Made by a program: the position numbers and the translations under genes
From: Oculina patagonica
Taxonomy: Eukaryota
DNA length: 64,000 bases
Assembly: GCF_052425735.1 (NCBI RefSeq)
Contig: NC_135768.1
Span: 4,154,001 to 4,218,000, forward strand
Direction of reading: 5' to 3'
Notes under the pieces: generated by a model
What the model saw: the letters and a program-made list of their open reading frames with translations, nothing else
Databases searched by the model: none
Told to the model about the DNA's origin: nothing
Shown here: positions 13,301-25,000 of the stretch, piece after piece
Layout: each line of letters starts with the position of its first letter
Position numbering within the stretch: the first letter of the stretch is position 1

Positions 13301-16300
13301 ACATTCTTCCTTAATACCTCAGGTTCTCCTCAAAAATTTCACAAACCCATCTCCCCTCAAACCTTCCGATACTTACCACTTATATTATGATGCTTATCGT
13401 TTTTCAATCCAGAAACAAAACACAATTTCTTTTTTTGAAATAGCTGCTTGTTTTGAAGGAGCACAGGCTGGATAAGCCAGCCAGACTTTTTAACGATTTT
13501 ACCTAATTTTTTCGTTGCTACACATAAAAACTAAACTCTAAATTGTATCTCGTTGTACCTGCTCACTAACTCTCTTGACTAGAGGTAATATGGTGTCTTT
13601 CCAATCAACTGACAGCCCAGCATCTTTTAAAAGTTGCTCCAACAGAGTGTTTAGATGGTGTGAATGTGCAGCCCTGGAAAACAAATACAACATTATACTA
13701 CAGTGTTTTAAGGGAACTGGGCTAAACTATTGTACTCAGACAGGACCCACCACTCTGAAAAAAGATAGGTGGTCTCTTCATGAACCCCTCCCCTTTCCCC
13801 ACCTTAAAAATGGTGTCTTGTTTGTATAGGCCCCACTCTATCAGGAGTAGAAACTAAGAAAATATTGAAACATCATTGTGCCATTTCTCCAGCAATTGCA
13901 AGCTTCATGCACACCCAATATGAACTCTTAGTGACCCAGGCAAAAATAAACTGGCTTTCAAAATTCCTCTACTGACACAAAGAATTTTTTAAAACCATTT
14001 TTACTTGAAAAACACCCCACGGCTTTTACCTTTAACTAACTAAACCCAGGTGAAAAGTAAGTCTATTATATTGAGCAGTGTTGAGAGATTTTGCCGATGT
14101 TCATGTTTGAAAACGTACCGGTTAGAACTCTGGGTAAGTCTGGAGTTACGTGTCAATAAAATCAAAATGGCGTCTACATATCAGAGCGATCTAAAAACTC
14201 GATCACGAACGGCTTTGAATTTTGTACTTTAGTACTGTACTAAACTCTTAATACAATTGATGAACTTAGAGTTGAGGAAAGAAAGGAAAGAAAAGAAAGG
14301 TACTTCAAGGAAAGAACATTTTATTGTCACTTCTCAGATGGTAGTAGCTCTTCAGGCGATCAAACCTCAACTTTTAGTGGCACTGGGCTCTTTTTAATGC
14401 TACTGGCGACCATGCGACCACCAAGTTTTAACCCTGAGACATGCCTGTTTTATCAGACTACAACCCTCTGTGCACTGCCCCACCCAAATACACGACCTAC
14501 CTCAGTCGTTCCATGGCTAATCTCTCCCCATTATCCTCTCTCAATTCGCCAACTTCAGGAGCTGGGGGCCTGTCTACACCGATCTTCCTTGCCATCATAG
14601 CGCCGCTAAATATCTCATCAGGAGTGTTGCTGGTGCTGAGGACTGGTTCTTCTTGATTCTTCTTGTTGCTTGGTGGCCTCAGGGGGGTGTACGGGTAACC
14701 CTCGTTGTACACATACTGCTCTAGTGGAGGTGGAGGGGCATCTGTTATCAGGGAAAGTTGGGAGCCTCGTATTTCACTGTGGGTATCTGGTGATGTCATG
14801 CCAATTCTTCCAGGCTACAGTTATTCAAACATTCATGTGTTAAATTAAACGCTATGGGTAATTTTGCTATTGACCTCTACAGGTAACTTGATAAATGTGC
14901 GAATTACCAGTAACACAAGTGGGAAAGTATTACTTGGTTTACTTCAGGATGCAGTGTTCCCAAGAAATCCTTTCTCCATACCACACCATGACTTAGCATT
15001 CTATGACATTATTCTAGGCCACGAGATAATATGCTATTTCAGAACACTCAGCCATAATATTTTTTTAGCCCCCTCTATTCTGTAGCCGTTGACACTAAGC
15101 CAGTGTGGCTTAGAGGTTCAGAGTGCTGGTGTGGTTGGACCTTGTATACTGGAGGTCAAGGGTTCAAGCTCATTCACCCTGTCACTGGATGTGTCGTTTT
15201 TGGCAGTACCAAGTTCACCTCCTTGGTCATGCTTTGTAAATAGACAACTGGTCTCTCTCTGTAGCCGTTGACACTAAGCCAGTGTGGCTTAGAGGTTCAG
15301 AGTGCTGGTGTGGTTGGACCTTGTATACTGGAGGTCAAGGGTTCAAGCTCATTCACCCTGTCACTGGATGTGTCGTTTTTGGCAGTACCAAGTTCACCTC
15401 CTTGGTCATGCTTTGTAAATAGACAACTGGTCTCTCTCTTGCCGGTTAGATTTTTTAACCACACTATGTTTATTTGTAACCTTTGTATTTATTTTTAGTA
15501 TTAGTGGTATGCCTGGAAATTAAACTACCTCACTTGAAACCAAGTGTCTGAATGACCACTATAATCATACATATACATTTAACGTTTTTTTTTTTTTAAC
15601 TAACGATGGGGCCATCACACCATAAAAGGCATCCTTACAAAATATTAGCTTAATCTCTAATGAAGAATAAGATATAAATTTACTTTGCACCCACCTCTCC
15701 AAAATGTTGCAAATCAACCTTGAGTGACAATTCACTGTCTCCTTCCTCAGAAGTGACACCATTCATCAAGTCCAGATCCAGCAGCTTTGGTCCTACAAGT
15801 GCAATAAAACCAAAAAAAAATCATTATATCAAAATTTAAGTAAGTCATAATGAGTTAGCACCCCACAACTGAAGGGGCTCAACTCTTGCTTCTGTAGCAC
15901 AAAGCAACTAGAGGTATTGCTGCTCCCCCTGCATGGGATGCTAGTCCATCGCAAGTAACCCCTACCCTCCCCTCCTCTTCCTGGGCATTTTGTCATGTTG
16001 CCCTTTCCTAGGCTTGCAATAAAACCCCTTTCCCACCAGAGCTCTGGCAGTTACCAGTCTTCAGGGTGAAAAAAAAAATTGAATTTTCCAGCTTTTTCAG
16101 GCAAGCTGTAGCCAGAATGTACTAGCCCCGAAATCCTCTTTGCTAGCCCCAAAAAAATTCTCAAAAGCATGATGCTAGCCCAACCGCAAAATCCACAGGA
16201 CACTGACTTTTTTGGGTGCTGGGTATTCTGAATCCCCAGTTAAAATTCATGCAGCTCCCTATGTAGGGGAGATGTTTTAAGCTTTCTTTTTTGCTCTCCA

Positions 16301-19300
16301 ACTGATGCTGTACAGGAGCAGCCATTTACTTCAAATCTTATTCAAAGCCCTGCTTTATGACAAGGGGTAATCCATTTATATTCCTGGGTGGCAAAAAGCA
16401 CTGGGACAGTGAAGAGTCTTGTCCAAATGAAAAGCCCAGTGAGCCCACCCAATCTCAAACATATCAAAATAAACTTAAAAGAAACTTAAAAGTACGATTT
16501 TGAACCTGTGAACAGGCCTACAAATACAAATATTTACCTGTTTTAAGATTATTTAGTTTTCCAGATACCTGAAAGAACAAATATTACTGAATAAGACTTT
16601 GATCAGTTTAATGCTCAAAGAGCAACTTCATACCAAACTTGAATGTTGATTGGATTATTGTCTTGGTTGACACACAACAGGTATGCAAGAATTCATCCCA
16701 AATTTGCATCATTTCAGCTGCATATAAACTTGTCAATTATCACACACATGGTATTTCCTCCTCATACTGTTCACTGCTTTCTTTTTTTCAACCGTCTCAT
16801 AGTACTAAAACAGAGGCAAGGCATTTTGGGAAAGTTATAAAAGGCCAGTGGTAGAGAAAAGATATATAAAACCCAGTTTTTATTTTTTGTTTGTTTTGTT
16901 TGCTCTTTGTTGTCGTCTTCTTTTTTGTTATTTGAGGACTTCTTATACTTCTTCGTGTTGCAGCCTGTTTCAATTGTGAATGAAATAAATCTATTAGTCA
17001 AAAACAAATTTTGAATTTCTATACTATTGGGAGAAGTGGCTGGGCTCAATCAATGAATACTTTCAAATGCTTACATGCCTTTCAAGTGAAGTCAGACTTT
17101 TATCCAATCAACATTCAAGTCTTGAATCAAACTGCATTTTGAATATTGAACAATTCAGTTTAAGAATGGCATTATGAAGTAAAAAACTCTTAGCTGCTGT
17201 AAGGGTTTCTAATTAAAACTTCTAGAAGGTATGATGATCACAACATTTTTCTATTTAAGTCCTTCAGGGCAGCAGGATCCAGAGCATATAATTACCCAGC
17301 AATTTGCTAGGTAGACAGAACAATTTGCTAGAAAGACACGATGTTTTGTCCTTCACAAGATCACAGGACAAGAACAATGCAGGGTTTTTAAAACAAGCCG
17401 GCACCAGCCGGAGTTCCACCGGCTACTGTCACCAGTTACTTTGGCCATAGCCATAGCCAGCAAATCCAATACAATGAATAAAAAGACAGGTCACTGCCAG
17501 TGCTCGAACTTAACGGTCATCCACTCGTCCAAAATGAGTGAAAATTGCCTAAAACGAGTAGTTTTTTTTGCCACTAGTCCTCTGGACAAGTAAAGTTACA
17601 GTTCTCCAATAAATAATTGCTTTTATATCATACTAAAAAGGACTAAAAGTGTCGAAGCAAACGAAGAATTTCCGAAAACGAATGTTTCGAAATGACGAGC
17701 AAAAAATGCTTGGCGTTCTCTTGGCAGGTAAAAGTCTGGGTTCTACTCGAAATGAAAGGCATCGTGGGATGCAATATGGCGGCTTTTCGTGTTTGCTCAA
17801 CTTGATAGATCTTGGTCGCATCTATATTTTCTTCCAAAATACAATTTGTCGAAATGTTCAAACGAAAACAAGTTCAAAGTTCACTGAGTTCTTTCTTTGG
17901 AGGAAAGCAAGATCAAGAAATCAACGCAACACCTTCAATTTCTGCTGCATCTCCGACCAAAAGAACACGGAAGTTTCGGGAATCGTGGGAAGAAAGGTAC
18001 AAATGGCTCCAGTTTCATGGACAAGAGAGCAAATTGTTTTGCAAGTTTTGCAGGGAATTTTCAAATGGAAAAAACACGCAATATTCCTTGACGATCGGAA
18101 CAAATAACTTTCAAACTGCAAATATGTTGCAGCTCTTACGTGTAACAGAGAAGAAATTGTTGTAATACTTACTAAAAAACTGCAAATTATTTTGTTCGCT
18201 ATTAATTATTTGATCATGGTTTGGCGTGTATTTACCTGCAGGCACAAATTACTAACTGCATTACACATGGGAAACATGTAAAGAGTGGCCAGTAGCTTTG
18301 CTCCTGGGACCAGTAAATTCTAAGCCTACTCGTCCTGTGGAAGACCAGACCCAAAAGTTAATTTCGAGCACTGACTGCAGCCCCAAGGTCCAACACAAAA
18401 AGTATGAATGATATGATTTTTATCTTACCTCATGAGAGATACTGGCATCAAGTTCCTCAGTAGCTGATTCAACTCCGTGCTGCTCCAACTGTCGGAACCA
18501 GTGTGGTACTGTCTCATCATTATCATCATCAACATTTTCGTTGATAACCTCCTCACTCTCGCTCAGTGATTCAATTTTGTCGGCAGGCTTGTCTGTCTCT
18601 GTCCAAAATATTGAGGACTTCTTAGATGGTACCTCTCGTGTTGCAGCCTGTTTTAATTGTTAAATAACTGTATTAGTCAAAAAGAAAATTTTGAATTTCT
18701 GTACTATATTTGGGAGAAGTGGCTTGGCTCAAACATGGCAGTACATTTTCACAGTATATTAATTGAAAATGCCCTCTGGGTCATCTTGAATGGCACAGGC
18801 AAACAGAAGCATATTTTCAATATTCTAGGATTGCAAATCAATCTGACCCTATCTATTTTTTTTTTCTATCTATCTTTCCTGACGATTGTGAGCTGGATTT
18901 AAAGTATTATAATTANNNNNNNNNNNNNNNNNNNNNNNNNNNNNNNNNNNNNNNNNNNNNNNNNNNNNNNNNNNNNNNNNNNNNNNNNNNNNNNNNNNNN
19001 NNNNNNNNNNNNNNNNNNNNNNNNNNNNNNNNNNNNNNNNNNNNNNNNNNNNNNNNNNNNNNNNNNNNNNNNNNNNNNNNNNNNNNNNNNNNNNNNNNNN
19101 NNNNNNNNNNNNNNNNNNNNNNNNNNNNNNNNNNNNNNNNNNNNNNNNNNNNNNNNNNNNNNNNNNNNNNNNNNNNNNNNNNNNNNNNNNNNNNNNNNNN
19201 NNNNNNNNNNNNNNNNNNNNNNNNNNNNNNNNNNNNNNNNNNNNNNNNNNNNNNNNNNNNNNNNNNNNNNNNNNNNNNNNNNNNNNNNNNNNNNNNNNNN

Positions 19301-22020
19301 NNNNNNNNNNNNNNNNNNNNNNNNNNNNNNNNNNNNNNNNNNNNNNNNNNNNNNNNNNNNNNNNNNNNNNNNNNNNNNNNNNNNNNNNNNNATNNNNNNN
19401 NNNNNNNNNNNNNNNNNNNNNNNNNNNNNNNNNNNNNNNNNNNNNNNNNNNNNNNNNNNNNNNNNNNNNNNNNNNNNNNNNNNNNNNNNNNNNNNNNNNN
19501 NNNNNNNNNNNNNNNNNNNNNNNNNNNNNNNNNNNNNNNNNNNNNNNNNNNNNNNNNNNNNNNNNNNNNNNNNNNTTAAAAATTAAAAGTTAAATTGAAA
19601 TTAAATTAAAAATTAAAATTAAATTAAAAACAAAAATAAAAACAAAATTAAATTAAAAATAAAATTAAAGTAAAATTAAAAAATTAAATGAAAAACAAAT
19701 AAACATTAAATTAAAATAAAAATTAAATTAAATTTAATTAAAATTAAAATTTAATTTAATGAAAAACAAATAAACATTAAATTAAAATTAAATTTAAATT
19801 AAATTAAAATTAAAATTGAATAAAGATTAAAATTTAATTAAAATCAATTAATATTGGAATTAAATAAAAATTAAAAACAAAATGAAATTAAAATTAAAAT
19901 GAAATTAAAATTCTTGAGAACAGCAGACGTAAAGATTTTAAGAAAAACGACAACTTTTTTAAGTTTCAAAGACATGTTTCAACAAAGCATCTGTCATCTT
20001 CAGTTGAATGATTTACAAAGCACAGTGAGTTGAATAATAAGTAGAAAAAAAATGCTAATTAAGACAAGTAGTAACAACAGAACGTGAAAATGTGTTAATT
20101 TACACATTTTAATGTTCTGTTGTTACTACTTGTCTTATTATTATTATTATTCAACTCACTGTGCTTTGTAAATCATTCAACTGAAGATGACAGATGCTCT
20201 GTCGAAACATGTCTTTGAAACTTAAAAAAGTTGTCCTTTTTCTTAAAATAGAAATTAAAATTAAATTTAAATTAAATTAAAATTAACATCAAAATTTAAT
20301 TTAAATTAAATTAAATTGAATTAAATTTAAGAGTAAAGTGTCTTGTCTAGGAACACAACATAATGAACCCATTCAGGGCTTGAATGCAATACGCAAACCC
20401 TTAATAGGCTACCCTGCCTTCTAAAACAAGAATTATTAAAGAGGAAATGTCACACAATTTTAGGCAATTTCGGACTGACCAACTGGTCAGAGAATTATTT
20501 GAAATACATTACGGTGACAATAACTCAAAAGAATCACATAAAGGCCAAAAAGGGGCATGGATGGGCAAAATTTCGAGAAGATTAAAACAGATTGCGTTCG
20601 TGTAAACTTGAAAAACATAGGACCGACTTTTTTCGAGTTTAAATAGATAAATAGAATTACCTGAAATACCATGGCCTAGCCCAGGGCTGCAAATAACAGT
20701 CGGACATCAGACATTGGCCGACCAAAATTTGCTATGTCCGAGAAACCCCAAGTGTGGTCAGACATAATGTATGGACAATTTTTTGATCATAAATCGTTTT
20801 ACAGCAACAATGAATGAAAGTCTGTCCGACCACAATTTTGTTTTGTCCGACCAAGATGGTGTCTTAGTAGGACATATGTCCTTTCAAGTGAAAAAATTAT
20901 TTGCAGCCCTGATAGCCCCTTTAATGTCCAAACATAATAACTTTATGAAAGTTCCTTACCACTCCAGGAGCGGGCTGGTAGAGAATATATTCATCTTTGA
21001 AAACTGCTCCTCCATCACGGGTGTTTGGTACAGGTTCTATCCAGCCGAACTCCAACAAACCTTGTCCTATCATAACAGCCTGATTCCTACAGGATGTGTA
21101 CAATAAGAAGTCAAACATGATGAATTTAAATTAAATTACAAAGAAAGCTCGAAATTTTACACTGTTGCTTTTGTAGAATGGTCTCTTTATAACATTGGAA
21201 GCATCCAGATAAAATAAAGCTTTGAGCAACATTTGAGAGCTTGCAACTTCTATTAGAAATCAAATAACAAATCACCCCAAACATGATAATCCAATTTTAA
21301 TGACTTGTGCTCCCTTTACGGGTAATTTATAATGGGATCCTTTTCTTATGAATAAGATTAATTGCTCTGAATGAAGGCCCAGTACTGCTAAAACTTTAGG
21401 AAAAAAGAGTACAGTCCAAGTTCAAGCTCAGTGGCCCATACCGCCACCTATGCCCAGTTCTCACACTCAGCATTTAAGAAATAAGAGACGTTTTGACATT
21501 CCAGTTTGTCTCATCAATCATTTTATGAAATCTTTTATTGTCAGTCATGCAATGTAAATATTTTTAAACACAATTGTGGTTAATTTTAAAGTATAGCTTT
21601 CAGCAACATTTTACTTGTAATTTTTACAAATTGTATGTAATTCAGTCTTACGACTACAATGTATAATATTTGTAACAAACAAGTTTATAGGTCGTAAAGT
21701 ATGATCGTCCAGGTGAGAGTAGTTCTGAGAAGAACTGTTGTTAGTCACCAACAACAGTTCTTCTCAGAACTACTCTCACCCAGACGATCAAACTTTACGA
21801 CCTACTGATAATCCTGGGTTCAAACCATTTACTAAACAAGTTTATATATCTATCTCTCTGTCTGTCTATCTATCTATCTAACTAAATGTAAGGGGAGTTC
21901 ACAGAACTCAACCCGCAGTCTGGCCTGGCCAACACCTCACGCATGTGCACAAGCTATTACCAGAGCAGTGGCAGCCATGGACTGCAGACCAACGGACGGA
22001 CTGATCTATCTATCTAGCTA

Positions 22021-22062
<42 letters not shown>

Positions 22063-25000
22063 AATCTATGAAGTGACTAGAAGCATATTTTCTAACTCCT
22101 CTCTGAATAGGATCGATACTCATCTATCACAGGGTTACCCCCCAGAATTTAATTCGCTGTTACACATTAATTTTTAACTTGTTGGTGGAGAGAGGCACTG
22201 TGAGAGTAAAGTGTCTTGCACTATGGATTTAGCTTAGAATGTTTATTATGTAATATTTTGTACCTGGTGGATGTTTTCTCGTAAGTGAGCAGCCAGTCAA
22301 CCAACTCACTTCCAACAAAACAATTCTGATAAGTCCTCAAGCGGAAGCGGTGACTCTGTAGTTCTAATCCAGACCTTGGAGATATTATTTGATTCCACAG
22401 CTCACGAAAAGAGTCCTTAATTGGACAAAGTAAAAATGGCATTAACAAGCTTGTATGGTAAGGTAAAGTCTGTGTCTGACCCAAGTGGCCCATACAGCCG
22501 AAGCTTATCCCGTTTTTCCGTAGCATGAAGCCACTAGGAGTATTGCTACTCCCTCTTGATGGGATGCTAGTCCAACCCAGGGTTACCCCCCAGCAGTAAA
22601 TTCGCCAGTACCCATTTATAATACACCTGGGTGGAGAGAGGCACTGTGAGAGTAAATTAAGTGTCTTGTCCAAGAACACAATGCAGCGCCTGGCAAGGGC
22701 TTGAACCCAGGCTGTTCGACTCGGAGTGAAGCATGCTAACCATTAGGCCACCGCGCCTTGTACCTTGCATGGTAATCACATTATATTTAGCACAGTACAC
22801 TTTTATTTGTAATCCAGAGGATGCAAAAAACTTGATTTTCCAGCTTGCCCTTTGCGCAAGCTGTAGCCAGGATCTACTAGCCCAAAAGTCATTTTTACTA
22901 GCCCCAAAAACATTCTTATACATGTAGGCACGATGCTTATGATATTTCACTTGCCTATCAGGCAAGTGAAGGATTAAGTCCAATAGCCTGCCCCAAAAAT
23001 TTACTAGACCCAGGCTAGCAGACACTAACTTCTTTGCACACTGTCACATGATTTTAGTTTAATTTTATTTAAAGGGGCTGTGTAACGGCTGAGTTAAGTT
23101 TATTTTTGTAAGTTTTGCCAAATACACGCTATGAAACTTAATGTTTGCAAAGAAATTACTTCAGTCTATGGATCTAGATGACAGAACTGTAGCTTCATTA
23201 CAACCAAATGTGCCTCCCAGGCATTAAAATTTAAAGTTAGAAGCAAATGAGATTAACTTTGAAAGCTGTTCAGCCCAACAACATTTCAAAAACCCATATT
23301 GCAATCCAGTTCAATCTTCTTCACTTTTGGCCAACCATACCTTTTTTTGTATTTGCTGTGTTATTGAAATGTTCCTTTGCCGGTTTAAGCGGTTATTTTT
23401 ATATTTTCACTGAATTTGATGGCCATTTCCCATGGCTAAATTTGGCTAAACTCTGTGACACAGTTCCTTTAAATAAACATATTACATGACAAAGTCGAAA
23501 GTGAAAACTACCCTCACCATACAAGTTGTTTATTTAAAAGTGTACTGTACAGTTACCACCGTCTTGTGAGATGTGTCTCATTTATATTGAAGACTTGTCT
23601 CGTCTTGTTTCTCTCAAGAGTCTTCTCGTTTCTCATGAGTGCAAATACAGTAAAAACCCGCAAGTAAGAATCTAAGATTTACGAACCTGTTAGGCTAAAA
23701 TTTGCAACTTAGATGCCCTTTTTGAAAGAACCTATTTGGCCTCGAAGTTAGGAACAGGTTCTTTTTTTCTTAATCAAATGAAAAAGTTTACCTTCGGGAA
23801 ACAAGTTTGGACAAGGCACTACTGTGCATGTTCAGTGTATATATTGTCATATTCTAAATGATTAGGGCTTCATTTTTTACATAAACACTTATGAAGTATG
23901 CAAAAAAAAATTATACAATACCACTTAAAGTTCCATTAGCAACAATGTAAATTTTCTTCAGAAAATAAGAACCTAAATAGCCTAAATTTGTGTTAACTAC
24001 CATTCAGATATTAAGAACCTGTTTAGGCTAACCTGGAAAAATAGGTTCTTACTCGCGGGTTTTTACTGTACATGTACCAGTGCATCATTAGTCATAATCA
24101 AACACACTACAACTCACCTGTTTCAACATGTCAGCTTCTGCCGCACAGACTCCAAATGCATCAAATGGTCTCCGCCCTGACATGGGTGTTGGTCTCTCTT
24201 TCTGGTCAAACTTTTCATAATAAGGACTCACTGGAGTCATGCTGAGCCCGGTGCCACTAATCTTTCTGAGTGATGGCTGAACATAGAAATTCTCTTCGTC
24301 GTCGAAATCAAAGGGATATGGCTTAGGAACAGTCAAGTTAATATTACTGTTGCTGGTGGTGCTAATGTCTGGGTCAGAGTTGATTGCACGCAAGTCCGCC
24401 TGCAGCTGTTCCAGATTTCTGACCACATTCAGGTCTGCTGACTGGGTGTACCGCTGTACTACTTTGTGACAGTATGTGCACACTCGCAAAAACCCTGGTA
24501 ACAGACAGATGTCAGTTAATAACAAGTTGACAGAGGTAAGAAAAGTAAACCCCTCAAGCCAACTGGCTCATAGCTCTCTGTGCTTGACTCGAGTTTCTGT
24601 AGCATGAAATGGCTAAGAGTATTGCTACTCCCCGTAGCACATGCAGTGTTGGTGTAAGGTCAAGACTTTCCACGCGTAAATTAACTAGTACTTTAGAAAG
24701 GTCTTTTTAAACATTTCTTTCAAGCAAGAGTTTTTGAGATCTTACAACCCTCCAAGTTCATTTTTTCCTTAGTCATGGCCATTTGGCCACAGACCGCTAA
24801 AGTTTGGTCGCAAGTGAAAAATTTAAGTCACTAAATTAAGCTCACGTTTCAATCCTTCTTCTCAATTTTGGCCAGCAGGCTGGCAACTTTGGTTCCAAAT
24901 TAGTCGCCATGGCAACTAAAATGGTCTTAACTTGGAGGGTTGCCTTAAGCCCTGACCAGCAGATTTAAATGTACAGTCAACTCTCGCCTTGCAGACACCC

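Larger units (their letters stand above)
19577..20330. repeat. AT-rich (AAATT/TAAAAT)n low-complexity array interrupted by a hairpin element
   Basis: Degenerate repeat at 19577-19912 and 20250-20330. Confidence 0.9.

Noticed and set aside
15089-15498. Duplicated small protein or exon
   Set aside because: The unit is a SINE-like fragment with no suitable splice sites, and the PIKfyve frame closes without it.
18916-19576. Missing PIKfyve exon in the gap
   Set aside because: This cannot be assessed. The flanking exons join in frame without one.
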